Assembly: GCA_950097015.1 (NCBI GenBank)
Contig: CATNEN010000038.1
Span: 24,118,001-24,182,000 of the forward strand
Source: Macrostomum hystrix
Lineage: Eukaryota > Animalia > Platyhelminthes
DNA: 64,000 bases
Reading direction: 5' to 3'
Below, in pieces: positions 15,802 through 29,658 of this stretch. The notes below the pieces were generated by a model. It saw only the letters and a program-made list of their open reading frames with translations. It did not search any database and had not been told where the DNA came from. Both the position numbers and the translations under genes were made by a program. Numbering within the stretch: the stretch's first letter is position 1; each line of letters begins with the position of its first letter.

Positions 15802-16581
15802 TCTGTGAACTAGGAAGTCAGCTGAGAATGAGGATATCACCTGTGAAGGAGGATGTTATCTGTGAATTAGGCTGTCACCTGTGAATGAGTAAGTCACCTG
15901 TGAATGAGGAAGTCACCTGTGAAGGAGGCTGTTATCTGTGAATGAGGATGTCACCTGTGAAGGAGGCTGTTATCTGTGAATGAGGAAGTCACCTGTGAAT
16001 GAGGATGTCACCTGTGAAGGAGGATGTTATCTGTGAATGAGGATGTCACCTGTGAAGGAGGATGTTATCTGTGAATTAGGCTGTCACCTGTGAATGAGGA
16101 AGTCACCTGTGAATGAGGATGTCACCTGTGAAGGAGGATGTTATCTGTGAATAAGGCTGTCACCTGTGAAGGAGGATGTTATCTGTGAATGAGGATGTCA
16201 CCTGTGAATGAGGATGTCACCTGTGAATGAGGAAGTCACCTGTGAATGAGGAAGTCACCTGTGAATGAGGAAGTCACCTGTGAATGAGGATGTCACCTGT
16301 GAAGGAGGCTGTTATCTGTGAATGAGGAAGTCACCTGTGAATGAGCAAGTCACCTGTGAAGGAGGCTGTTATCTGTGAATGAGGAAGTCACCTGTGAATG
16401 AGCAAGTCACCTGTGAAGGAGGCTGTTATCTGTGAATGAGGATGTCACCTGTGAAGGAGGCTGTTATCTGTGAATGAGGAAGTCACCTGTGAATGAGCAA
16501 GTCACCTGTGAAGGAGGCTGTTATCTGTGAATGAGGATGTCACCTGTGATGGAGGCTGTTATCCGTGAATGAGCATGTCAC
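15802..16581. repeat. 19-bp minisatellite GTCACCTGTGAATGAGGAT / GTTATCTGTGAATGAGGAA
   Basis: Seen directly; lies ~80 bp into the intron from the Shaw exon-1 donor. Confidence 0.95.
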
Positions 16582-16663
16582 TTGTTATTGATAATGCTAC
16601 CAAATTATTCGATTATTTCAATTCCAAACAAAAGAAGAATTATCCCCACATATTTATCCTCAC

Positions 16664-16945
16664 CTGATTGCTATCCAATCCCCAGAATTCCAGCTCCTCT
16701 TCAAACAATGGTCCGCAGACATCCGTAGGATAATGCAGCTTTCCAGTGCGATAATAGTTTAGTATCTGGGCAAACACTCCCGGATGACGATCGAAAAAGT
16801 ACTCGTTCAGAATTGGATCATAATTAGCCAGAGCTTCCGTTAATCTGGACAGTCGCGTTGCTGGGATCTTTTTCAGTGTTGCCTTATAAGTCTCGTGACG
16901 AATTCCGCCGACATTCAGGATGACTCGGTTGTCAGCGTCAGCCAT
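16664..16945 (-). CDS. Shaw: Shaw/Kv3 K+ channel, coding exon 1 (T1/BTB tetramerisation domain)
   Basis: [94 protein letters not shown], then donor CAG|GTGAGG at 16663. Joins exon 2 as ...DSNQ|VEPCCW..., the Shaw T1 signature. Intron 281-16663 (16,383 bp). Confidence 0.97.
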
Positions 16946-17520
16946 CGGTCGATTTAGAAAAAGAAGTTATGTTTGTCAAATACGAGCGTATAGGAGCCGC
17001 TTGAGAAGTTACAGGGCTAAATACTCCAAACTGAAGAACTGTGTCCGCTTGAACAGTTCTTCAATCAGTCAGACCTACACCCACACGCCCTATAGTTTAA
17101 AGTCGTCCTGTTTTTCTGTCTTCTTTTAGAGAGTCCGACTGTCGCCTATTTCACCTCCCCAAGCCCAACCTCCCACAGGTCGTCCTTCATCTTGTAGAAG
17201 AACACTCAGCAGGATTGGGATTGTCACGGCCGAGGAGAGAAATATTTTACGAGTCCCGGTCATATTCCAGCTATCCTCCATCAACCAATGGTTGGCTCGG
17301 CTGTGGGGACAGAACACAGGTAATGCCAGCCAATGGGAGATAAAGCTGAGTTCAAAATGAGTAAATGGGAATGGGGAGTATTTTGGCTATCCGTAACACC
17401 AATGCACGTTGCCAGAACTCTCGACAATGTTCGACTTGTCGAGACATGTAATGCAAATGTAATGCAAACTGGGCCATGGAGTGCCAATCTATTGAGTAGT
17501 GAAAGTATTTTTGTATATTG

Positions 17521-17668
17521 GTGACAAATGAGATTCGGTTAGTGACAGATGAGATTCGGTTAGTGGCAGATGAGATTCGGTTAGTGACAGATGAGATTCG
17601 GTTAGTGGCAGATGAGATTCGGTTAGTGACAGATGAGATTCGGTTAGTGACAGATGAGATTCGGTTAG
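17521..17668. repeat. 21-bp minisatellite GTGACAGATGAGATTCGGTTA x7
   Basis: Seen directly. Confidence 0.95.
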
Positions 17669-17817
17669 AGCTTCTTTGAGCTCTTTTTGAACAATTTGAG
17701 CAATATCTTCGAGCTTCGTAAGCAAACATTTTTTGTCGAACACTGGCATTTTTAATTGACTGGGTTTTGTTGCCAAATTTGCATTTGTCACTAAAATTCA
17801 ATTGACTAGTACTTTTC

Positions 17818-18316
17818 GGGAGAGAGTTAGAGAGATGGGGTGAAGGAAGAGAGGGAGAGAGGGGGAGAAGGGAGAGAGAGGGGAGAAGGGAGAGAGGGGA
17901 TAAAAGGGAGAGAGGTAAATAGGAGATAGAGGGGGGAGAAGGGAGAAAGGGCAGAGATGGGAAAGAGGGGGAAGAAGGGAGAGAGGGGGAAGAAGGGAGA
18001 GAAGGGAGAGAGGGGGGAGAAGGGAGAGAGAGGGGAGATGGGCGAGAGGAGAGAGAGGGGGGAGAAGGAAGAGAGACGGGGAGAAGGGAGACAGGGGGGA
18101 GAAGGAAGAGAGACAGGGAGAAGGGAGAGAGGGGGAGAAGGGAGAGAGGGGGAAGAAGGAAGAGAGACGGGGAGAAGGGAGAGAGGGGGAAGAAGGAAGA
18201 GAGACGGGGAGAAGGGAGAGAGGGGAAAGAAGGAAGAGAGACGGGGAGAAGGGAGAGAGGGGGAAGAAGGAAGAGAGACGGGGAGAAGGGAGAGAGGGGA
18301 TAGAAGGGAGAGAGAA
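17818..18316. repeat. Polypurine GA-rich repeat
   Basis: Seen directly. Confidence 0.9.
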
Positions 18317-18916
18317 AAAGGGTTGGAGCGAAGAAGAATAGGAGGAATTAAATATTGGGAGTTCTAGAAAAGGAACTCAGAATATAATTAAGTCCGGTAA
18401 TACTGCATAGGACAATTAGCAACTGAATTTAGCTGAATACTCACACTTGACACAATTGTTTGCTGTTAAAAGTGTGTTTTACAGCTTAAACTGAATCAAA
18501 ATGTGTTTAAAGTACATCTAATTAACTAAAACTGATGCAGTGAAGAAAGTACATTTAGAATGAATGCACACTTCTAAAAGTTAAATAGGATGTTAATTTA
18601 ATATCCATGTTAATAATTTAATAACATGTTAATGTTATTAATTTAATAATGTTATAAGCAAATATTATATTAAACTTTGCAGCCACTAATACAGTAGGCA
18701 TTGGTCATTCAATTTTATAACAGAAAGTACTTCAAATCAAGAGACTTAAAAGCGACCGAAACTTGTTCCCTTATGCATGAAGCCATACACAATGTCGCTT
18801 GATAATGTTGGAAAATTCTCTGCCAAAGAAACACTTCACAGTTGGCGGTGAGATACCGTACAAGGGTCGAACTGAAAGAATTCTGTGAGATTGAAGTGAG
18901 TGGATTGAAGAGACCA

Positions 18917-20885
18917 GTGAGATGGAGACAGATTGGGGTGAGATGTAGACAGATTATGGGGTGAGATGTAGACAAATTATTGGGTGAGATGTAGACAGAT
19001 TATGGGGTGAGATGTAGACTGATTATACGGTGAGATGTAGACTGATTATAGGGTGAGATGTAGACTGATAACGGTGAGATGTAGACAGATTATGGGGTGA
19101 GATGTAGACAGATTATGGGGTGAGATGTAGACTGATTATACGGTGAGATGTAGACTGATTATAGGGTGAGATGTAGACTGATAACGGTGAGATGTAGACA
19201 GATTATAGGGTGAGATGTAGACAGATTATAGGGTGAGATGTAGACAGATTATAGGGTGAGATGTAGACAGATTATAGGGTGAGATGTAGACAGATTATGG
19301 GGTGAGACGTAGACAGAATATGGGGTGAGATGTAGACAGATTATGGGGTGAGATGTAGACAGATTATGGGGTGAGATGTAGACAGATTATGGGGTGAGAT
19401 GTAGACAGATTATGGGGTGAGATGTAGACAGATTATGGGGTGAGATGTAGACTGATTATAGGGTGAGATGTAGACTGATTATGGGGTGAGATGTAGACTG
19501 ATTATAGGGTGAGATGTAGACTGATAACGGTGAGATGTAGACAGATTATAGGGTGAGAAGTAGACAGATTATGGGGTGAGATGTAGACAGATTATGGGGT
19601 GAGATGTAGACAGATTATAGGGTGAGATGTAGACAGATTATGGGGTGAGATGTAGACAGATTATGGGGTGAGATGTAGACAGATTATGGGGTGAGATGTA
19701 GACAGATTATGGGGTGAGATGTAGACTGATTATAGGGTGAGATGTAGACTGATTATGGGGTGAGATGTAGACTGATTATAGGGTGAGATGTAGACTGATA
19801 ACGGTGAGATGTAGACAGATTATAGGGTGAGAAGTAGACAGATTATGGGGTGAGATGTAGACAGATTATGGGGTGAGATGTAGACAGATTATAGGGTGAG
19901 ATGTAGACAGATTATGGGGTGAGACGTAGACAGATTATGGGGTGAGATGTAGACAGATTATGGGGTGAGATGTAGATAGATTATGGGGTGAGATGTAGAC
20001 TGATTATAGAGTGAGATGTAGACTGATTATAGGGTGAGATGTAGACTGATTATAGGGTGAGATGTAGACTGATAACGGTGAGATGCAGACAGAATATGGG
20101 GTGAGATGTAAACAGATTATTGGGTGAGATGTAGACAGATTATAGGGTGAGATGTAGACAGATTATAGGGTGAGATGTAGACTGATAACGGTGAGATGTA
20201 GACAGATTATAGGGTGAGAAGTAGACAGATTATGGGGTGAGATGTAGACAGATTATGGGGTGAGATGCAGACAGATTATAGGGTGAGATGTAGACAGATT
20301 ATGGGGTGAGACGTAGACAGAATATGGGGTGAGATGTAGACAGATTATGGGGTGAGATGTAGACAGATTATGGGGTGAGATGTAGACAGATTATGGGGTG
20401 AGATGTAGACAGATTATGGGGTGAGATGTAGACTGATTATAGGGTGAGATGTAGACAGATTATAGGGTGAGATGTAGACTGATTATGGGGTGAGATGGAG
20501 ACAGATTGGGGTGAGATGTAGACAGATTATGGGGTGAGATGGAGACAGATTGGGGTGAGATGTAGACAGATTATTGGGTGAGATGTAGACGGATTATGGG
20601 GTGAGATGTAGACAGATTATGGGGTGAGATGTAGACAGATTATGGGGTGAGATGTAGACAGATTATGGGGTGAGATGTAGACAGATTATGGGGTGAGATG
20701 TAGACTGATTATAGGGTGAGATGTAGACAGATTATGGGGTGAGATGTAGACAGATTATGGGGTGAGATGTAGACAGATTATGGGGTGAGATGTAGACAGA
20801 TTATTGGGTGAGATGTAGACAGATTATGGGGTGAGATGTAGACAGATTACGGGGTGAGATGTAGACAGATAAGGGTGAGATGTAG
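18917..20885. repeat. 23-bp minisatellite GGGGTGAGATGTAGACAGATTAT, ~86 units
   Basis: Seen directly. Confidence 0.97.
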
Positions 20886-21289
20886 AGCATAAAATTTAAT
20901 GAGACAGGTAATGTTGGTGAGGGCATTTGGTGTTGAACATCTTATTTTAATTGGAAACATATCCTCAGTAACTCGAAGTGTAGTGGAATCCGATTCTAAG
21001 TCCGTGTAGGGGTCGCCAACAACTACTCGTTGAAATGCGTCAAGGGTGCTTTGAATAAAAGAAGGCCAAATGAGCCAGGGGAAGAAATATATCAAATGAG
21101 GCCAGCACAGATTTCTAAAGCGCAATTAAGATGCGCAGCCGCTCAGCCAGTCTCCAGGCAGCCATCCCGCATCTGAGCATCTTATAGGGATTTCGTTTCA
21201 ATTTTTTCGTGTTGCTTTCTGGGAAGACTTTCTAGAGGAAGTTTATGGCACCACGCGACCGTAGCCTGCTATTGTTCCCATTTCCTGAT

Positions 21290-21900
21290 TTCGATTCGAT
21301 TTCGATTCCTGATGCGATTCCTGATGCGATTCCAGATACGATTCCTCATACGATTCCTGAAACGATTCCCAATACGATTCCTGCTACGATTCCCAGTACG
21401 ATTCCAAATACGATTCCTGATGCGATTCCCGATACGATTCCCAATACGATTCCTGGTGCGATTCCAGATACGATTCCCAATACGATTCCTGATACGATTC
21501 CAATACGATTCCTGATGCGATTCCCGATGCGATTCTTGAACGATTCCTGATACGACTCCAGATACGATTCATGAACGATTCCTGAAACGATTTCTATTAC
21601 AATTCCTGATACGAATCCTTATACGATTCCAGATTCGATTCTTGAACGATTGCTGATACGATTCCTGATATGATCCTCCTGATACGATTCCTGATATGAT
21701 TCTCTAATTTAATTCCCTATTCGATTCCTTTAAACGAGTTTCTATACGATTCCTGATATGATTTCTGATACGATTCCTAGTCTGATTCCTGGTCTGATTC
21801 CTGGCTCGGTTCCATTCTGATTCCTAATCCAATCCCTGGTCCGATTCTTGGTCCGATTTCTGGTCCGATTCTAAATCTAATCCTTTTTCGATTTCTAATC
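21290..21900. repeat. Degenerate 12-bp minisatellite CGATTCCTGATA
   Basis: Seen directly. Confidence 0.9.
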
Positions 21901-22429
21901 AAATCCTGTACATTTTCTGTCATTGGTGCAACATTTATACTTTGGTTGGTCTGATTAATAATACACAAGATCTCAACACTCAAAACGACGTTATTTAATA
22001 TCCTTGCTCTGCTCACGAATGCGAAAGCGGTGATGCGAAGTTAGTTAGGCTAACTTTCAAGCAATCTCACAAAATAATTTAGCTAATAAAATTTTGCTAA
22101 TTGGGATTCGAATCATGACTGAGAAGTGTCACGGGTGGAAGCTTCCAGAGAGAGACTGTGGTCGCACCGGCTAATGATTGGCGTTCTCTCGACTGTCGAT
22201 AATTAGTCGTAGATTTCTAATTAACATCCAGCGAAGGAATGTTGATTAACAAACTTTTATTTTACTGCTTGATCTATAATACAAAGTATATAGATGTGTA
22301 TTTGATAACTATTCTTATCATGAAAACTCATTATGGAAATTCGTGAATAATATATATTTTAGTTACTTATAAATGTTTGTATTTGTTATAATTTAACATA
22401 TACTCGTACGTAGATCTTGACAGGAAGGG

Positions 22430-23290
22430 AAAAAATTGACATTTAGCTAAATTTTGCTAACTAAATGAATAGATTCGTACGTGATAAACGAATTTCAATT
22501 CTATGAATTGGTCATTGTCAAATCTTAATGCAATAGTTTAGTCATGAAATAATCTTAATTAAGTAAATAGTTAATAAAAAAAGTCGTTAACATTAAAATA
22601 TGATCGTTAAACGAATGTCACTTTAACAAATTGGTCACAAACAAATATTTGTTCAATAAATTTGATCATACTATAAAATTATATTTTTATTAGTCATTAC
22701 CGAATCTTAACAAAATGGAATTAGAGTAACGTCAATTAAACAAATTAATCCTTGTCATATAAACAAAAACATAAAAAAATTGTCACAAACAAATCAAAAT
22801 TCAATTAATTGGCCATTTTGAATCTTCATTTAATTAATTAGTCATTGCCGAATTTAAATTCACTACATTTGTATTTAACAAACATCAATTTTAAAAAAGG
22901 TAATTACCAAACGCCAATTAAAAATGGTTGTTCAACGAATGTCAATTTAACAGATTGCTCGTAACTAAATCCTAAATAAATCAATAAATTTTGACATACA
23001 AGAATCTTAAATAAATTAAATTATTTTAATTGGTCATAACCGAATGTCAAATCAATAAATTGTTCATAAACGTGACCGCAATTGAATCAATTCGTCATAG
23101 CGGATTACAGTTTTTTAGATTAGAAATTAAAAAACTGTAAACGGATAGATATTATTTAGTACAGATTTAGATATCCCTTAATTGAAATCCCATTAAATAA
23201 AATGGTCATTCCTGAGCTGGACTAAATTTTTGATGAGTCGTCATTATCGAATTAATTCCGCAGATTGTGATACCGAATCGATTTTCCTGC
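22430..23290. repeat. Highly decayed AT-rich tandem repeat (~33-bp period; AAATTGGTCAT / AACGAATGTCAA motifs)
   Basis: Recurrent imperfect motifs, e.g. at ~22609, ~22934, ~23038. Confidence 0.55.
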
Positions 23291-23841
23291 AGCAAATGGG
23301 AATGTCAGAATTTTCCATTTGAATCACGCGCTTCGCTGCTTTCCAAAAGGCGAAAAGCTACGAGTACTTAACAGATCTGGCCACGCTAAGAGGACGGAAA
23401 TAGAGGAGCAGAGCTTTAGTACAATGGGATTTATCGGGTTGAGTGGGAGAAGAGAGACAGACAATTGTCAGAGCACATGCATTAGAGGTAAGCAGCATAA
23501 ATTATTTTTAAAAAAACGGGCAGTCAATTTTCCATTACCGAGTAGCGAGAGAGACCCGGCTAATCTGCTGCTTGGTGAAGGGATTTGATAGAAAATTGAG
23601 TTACTTTTAATTTCCTGGCTATTGTGCTGCTAACAAAAAATGGGAGATACGAGGGGGGCAGGTAGGAAGAGGCAAAGATTGATCAAAATTGGCACATTTT
23701 GGGTTTTGGAGGTCGGCTATTGCATGCTGGGAGAGAAAAATTTGTTGACGAAAAATTGCGACCGAAATTTTGTTGCCTTTTTTCTGTAACTCGATTTTCA
23801 CTGCAACGAAAAAACATCAAGACTTTAAGAGATATAGGGGA

Positions 23842-24662
23842 TTGTTAGATAAAGTTTGATAACTTGGGATAATGTTGGATAAAGTGTGATAACTTTGGAG
23901 ATCTTTGGATAAATTGTGATTATTTTGGGAGAATGTTAGATAAATTGTGATCGTTTTGGGAGACTGTTGGATAAAGTGTGATAAATTGGGATAATGTTGG
24001 ATAAAGTGTAATAACTTGGGAGATCTTTGGATAAATTGTGATTATTTTGGGAGAAATGTTGGATAAAGTGTGATAACTTAGGAGACTGTTGGATAAAGTG
24101 TGAAAACTTAGGAGACTGTTGGATAAAGTGTGATAACTTAGGAGACTGTTGGATAAAGTGTGATAACTTGGGATAATGTTGGATAAAGTGTGATTATTTT
24201 GGAGATCTTTGGATAAATTGTATTTATTTTGGGAGAATGTTGGATAAATTGTGATCATTTTGGGAGACTGTTGGATAAAGTGTGACAACTTGGGGTAATG
24301 TTGGATAAAGTGTGATAACTTGGGAGAATATCGGATAAAGTGTGATTATTTTGGGAGACTGTTGGATAAAGTGTGATAACTTGGGATAATGTTGGATAAA
24401 GTGTGATTATTTTGGAGATCTTTGGATAAATTGTATTTATTTTGGGAGAATGTTGGATAAATTGTGATCATTTTGGGAGACTGTTGGATAAAGTGTGACA
24501 ACTTGGGGTAATGTTGGATAAAGTGTGATAACTTTGGAGACTGTTGGATAAAGTGTGATAACTTGGGGTAATGTTGGATAAAGTGTGATAACTTGGGAGA
24601 ATATCGGATAAAGTGTGATTATTTTGGGAGATTAGCGGATAAAGTGTGATTATTTTGGGAGA
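23842..24662. repeat. 30-31-bp minisatellite GTTGGATAAAGTGTGATAACTTGGGATAAT
   Basis: Seen directly. Confidence 0.95.
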
Positions 24663-25197
24663 ATTGCGACTTATACAATATTTAATATTGGATAAAATAT
24701 GATAACATAGGAGTTCTAGATGAAACCATTTTGGGATCAAGTATAATAACCTCAAAGAAACCAGAATTACGTTTTGTGAAACGGGTATTGAGAAATTTTA
24801 ACAATGAGTTGCACTTGCTCCCTATAAAAATCGTGCAGACTTTCATTGTAGGCTGCATAGAATGCGAATCATGGGGCATTCAGATTCACAAATGGGAAAA
24901 TAGGAGAAATAGGATCATTCAATCAGCCAGCCAATTTACCAAACTAACATGCCGGCTGACCAAGTGAATCGGACGGCAAGAATTTGAGCTCTCATTCTAG
25001 AAACTGGAGAGACGACTCACTTGCCAAACCCCGATTTTCCGGCAGATTGGAAATTCTGATATGTACAACTTGGTAAAAAACACTGATTACTTATTTTTTA
25101 ATTTGACATTTTATTAGATAGATAAAGCTTGTTCATGTGTACCTGTTCCTGCTAGTGAGCTGTGCTTGTTTACATATAAGGAAATATATTGTGATAT

Positions 25198-25462
25198 ACT
25201 ATCACGGCTCTATTCATTATTCTATCACGGTTCCATTCCTAATAATACCACGGTTCTATTCCTTATTCTATCACGGTTCTATTCCTTATTCTATCACGGT
25301 TCTATTCCTTATTCTATCACGGTTCTATTCCTTATTCTATCACGGTTCTATTCCTTATTCTATCACGGTTCTATTCCTTATTCTATCAAGGCTCTATTTC
25401 TTATACTATCACAGTTCCATTCCTAATAATATCACGGTTATATTTATACTATACTATCACAA
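25198..25462. repeat. 23-bp minisatellite CTATCACGGTTCTATTCCTTATT
   Basis: Seen directly. Confidence 0.9.
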
Positions 25463-25775
25463 CTCGATCTATTCGTGCATAACAACCCATGCCTATCACA
25501 GTTCAACCCCAAGCATTTATCAGATATCTGGTCTGCTCTACTCATAGTAGTGTAGAGAAAGTATCTGATTAATTTCTTGTTTATTTTCTAATCAGAAAAG
25601 AATAGAAATTGAATTTCGTTTTTTATTCCTTTTATTTGAGGTGCCAGCTGTATGTATCTCTTATTATAAAAAAATTCCCAGCTAAACTATAGCCTAATTA
25701 ATTCAAATGAAAGACAGCATTCCTTATTTTAATTACATTCCGGCAGGCACAGTTGAAATCTCGCTGTGCTTGTGC

Positions 25776-25778
<3 letters not shown>

Positions 25779-25810
<32 letters not shown>

Positions 25811-25814
25811 TGTG
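25779..25814. repeat. (GT)n microsatellite
   Basis: Seen directly. Confidence 0.9.
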
Positions 25815-26292
25815 TAATTTATTTAAGGAGCAATAGAGAGGCTGGTTAGACGATACAGATGAAGAATAGGGTTTAAGCTATGAGCAGACTGTGAGCATAA
25901 ACAAGTCTGAGTCAGTTGAGTACAAATTTAGTAACCCTCCGAACCTATAGAAATACTCGTAGATGCACATATTACTGAAGCATTCCTACAGGCAAGCTAC
26001 TAGACAATGAGCTGAGGTATTTGCCGCTCTGTACTCGGTTGCCACAGTTCAAATAGTTTCTCCAATTAAAAGTTAAAGAATCAAAGATGGAAATTTGTGT
26101 TTCTGTTGTTGAATTTAGACTTTCATTTTCATAGTGAGCAATTTTTAAAGTAATCGATACATAATCTGAACACAATAAACGGTAAGTTGACTTATGCACT
26201 ATTTGTGACTTTCTGATTCGAATGTAAAATGTCTTGCTGCTAGGCGCAATTTCAGGCTGTTACAGATGCACATGTTACACATGATAGTGGCC

Positions 26293-26527
26293 CTGTTAGA
26301 CATGATCAGATGCTGTTAGACATGATCAGATGCTGTTAGACATGATCAGATGCTGTTAGACATGATCAGATGCTGTTAGACATGATCAGATGCTGTTAGA
26401 CATGATCAGATGCTGTTAGACATGATCAGATGCTGTTAGACATGATCAGATGCTGTTAGACATGATCAGATGCTGTTAGACATGATCAGATGCTGTTAGA
26501 CATGATCAGATGCTGTTAGACATGATG
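26293..26527. repeat. Perfect 20-bp minisatellite CTGTTAGACATGATCAGATG, ~11.5 units
   Basis: Seen directly. Confidence 0.97.
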
Positions 26528-27699
26528 TTATACAAGCTGTTACATTTTGAAAGACATGATGAGATGCATGATCAAAAGAAAACAAACTGTAGAATTTCTC
26601 GATTCAAATCCTCGGAGCTCTAACTTTTTTATCTCTGCAATCTTTTCTTAGAAATAATAAAGCTCGCAGGATGGAGCATAAAGTTTATTGCCGAAGTATG
26701 CGCTGCATTCTAACCCTCTAGAAATCCCATCAATCAAATTTATGACCTCTCTTGCATTCCTAAACTATTTTATTGCTAGTTATAATCTTTTGAATAATAC
26801 AAGATTGGAAAATTGGTTTTAATCGGCAAACTTTGTAAAAAAATAAATTCTGGTAGTTTAGAAAAAACTAACGGGTAAGTAGCGAGAAACGATTTGCACA
26901 ATGCTTTATTATCTATGAAACTCATTTTCTAGGGAATTTTTTTTCTAAGAAATTAACTTTACGGGGATAGAATTTCTAGGAATTTTTTTCTAAGAAATTA
27001 ACTTTACGGGGGTAGAATTTCTAGGAAATTTTTATGGAAAAAATACCTGCTTAAAATGAAATGTATTTTAAAGCGACAGGTGAAATTCATAGTAAGCATA
27101 CTGCAAGATTGGGAGAGCGAAAGGTAGAGGCAGTGATAGGGGAGGGTTTAACGATTGGACATTGCCGAAAGGTTGGTTTAATTCGGGGCCAGGGCCGTCT
27201 GTCTAGATGGGGATTTTGGGATTTTTTAGTTTTTCTACTAGTGGCTTGCCAATGATCAGATACCATGGCGTACCGTGGGCGCCCAGCTAAATATGATGGT
27301 GCTGAACTAAAAACTATTTTTATAGATTCCACGCAACAGCCCGCAAACACCAGTATGCGGCCCGCACTGCAAAAACAGATTGCAGTTTAGAATCGAATAA
27401 ACCACAGAAAAGGGTCGGCCTATTAGAAAATGCGCATTTCCTGGAATTAATACGCTAGGCCTGTCTTTTAACTCCACAGAAATTAGTGGAACTATTAGCC
27501 GCTTAGAGTCAGGCTTCATTTTTTATATGCAGTCAATTGCTGAAGGTTGTCTTTCAGACATTTCAACTGGTAAGTTTAATTTTTGTAAGTTTTTTAAACG
27601 TATTTTTTAGCAGGTTCGTGAGTCATGAGTAAGATCCCAAAGTCATAATTACTATATTCCAAATCCTATTGTGCTAGATCTCGACTCCAAAAAGGATCC

Positions 27700-28180
27700 T
27701 AAATCCCAATACTAGATCCCATTCAAATACTGTAGATCCCGAATCCCCAATACTAGATCCCATTCAAATACTGTAGATCCCGAATCCCAAATACTAGATC
27801 CCGAATCCCAAATACTAGATCCCGAATCCCAAATACTAGATCCCGAATCCCAAATACCAGATCCCGAATCCCCAATAACAAGATCCCGAATCCCAAATAC
27901 CAGTACCAGAATCCTCAATACCAGTACCAGAATCCCCAATACCAGATCCCGAATCCACAATACAAGATCCCGAATCCCAAATACGAGATCCCGAATCTCC
28001 AAGTCCAGATCCCGAATCCCCAATACCAGATCCCGAATCCCCAATACAAGATCCCGAACCCCCAATACTAGATCCCGAATCCTCAATACCAGATCCCGAA
28101 TCCTCAATACCAGATCCCGAATCCCCAATACCATATCCTGAATCTCCAATACCAGATCGCGAATCCCAAATACCAGAACC
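27700..28180. repeat. 21-bp minisatellite AGATCCCGAATCCCCAATACC
   Basis: Seen directly. Confidence 0.92.
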
Positions 28181-28509
28181 CGCATTCACACAGATCACGA
28201 TTCCTCAGGGCGATAATCTGCAGGCAGAAGACAGGAAGCTAGAAAGACTTTTCCATAATTTCGAAAATCTCGCGTACAGTGCAATTACAGCCTATTGCAG
28301 GGGAACATTTTCTAGGGTGACTCATAGATTCGGAAAACTTCGGATTAAAGGATTAGAAAGACCCGTTTATTCGTGCCACGTAGCAAAGGCCTGATGTGAC
28401 ACTTTCTTGTGCCTAGTTTGTAAAGATGGTTTTAAAAATAGTTTCTTGTAAAATTAAAACAAGAATCGTAGCTAGAAACGAGGCAACAATAAAGGATAAG
28501 CGAAAAACG

Positions 28510-29658
28510 AACCATGGAATCGAAGCAAGAACCAAAGAATCGAAGCAAAAACCATAGAATCTAACCAAGAAACATTGAATCAAACCAAGAAACAGAATCA
28601 AACCAAGAAACATAGAATCAAACCAAGAAACATAGAATCAAACCAAGAAACATAGAATCAAACCAAGAACCATAGAATCGAAGCAAGAAATATAGAATCG
28701 AAGCAAGAACTATAGAATCGAAGCAAGATCTATAGAATCGAAACAAGAACCATAGATAGAATCGAAGCAAGAACCATAGATAGAATCGAAGCAAGAACCA
28801 TAGATAGAATCGAAGCAAGAACCATAGATAGAATCGAAGCAAGAACCATAGATAGAATCGAAGCAAGAACCATAGATAGAATCGAAGCAAGAACCATAGA
28901 TAGAATCAAAGCAAGAACCATAGATAGAATCGAAGCAAGAACCATAGATAGAATCGAAGCAAGAACCATAGATAGAATCGAAGCAAGAACCATAGATAGA
29001 ATCGAAGCAAGAACCATAGATAGAATCGAAGCAAGAACCATAGATAGAATCGAAGCAAGAACCATAGATAGAATCGAAGCAAGAACCATAGATAGAATCG
29101 AAGCAAGAACCATAGATAGAATCGAAGCAAAAACCATATATAGAATCGAAGCAAGAACCATAGATAGAATCGAAGCAAGAACCATAGATAGAATCGAAGC
29201 AAGAACCATAGATAGAATCGAAGCAAGAACCATAGATAGAATCGAAGCAAGAACCATAGATAGAATCGAAGCAAGAACCATAGATAGAATCGAAGCAAGA
29301 ACCATAGATAGAATCGAAGCAAGAACCATAGATAGAATCGAAGCAAGAACCATAGATAGAATCGAAGCAAGAACCATAGATAGAATCGAAGCAAGAACCA
29401 TAGATAGAATCGAAGCAAGAACCATAGATAGAATCGAAGCAAGAACCATAGATAGAATCGAAGCAAAAACCATATATAGAATCGAAGCAAGAACCATAGA
29501 TAGAATCGAAGCAAGAACCATAGATAGAATCGAAGCAAGAACCATAGATAGAATCGAAGCAAGAACCATAGATAGAATCGAAGCAAGAACCATAGATAGA
29601 ATCGAAGCAAGAACCATAGATAGAATCGAAGCAAGAACCATAGATAGAATCGAAGCAA
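28510..29658. repeat. 24-bp minisatellite AGAATCGAAGCAAGAACCATAGAT (20-bp units at the 5' edge)
   Basis: Seen directly. Confidence 0.97.
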
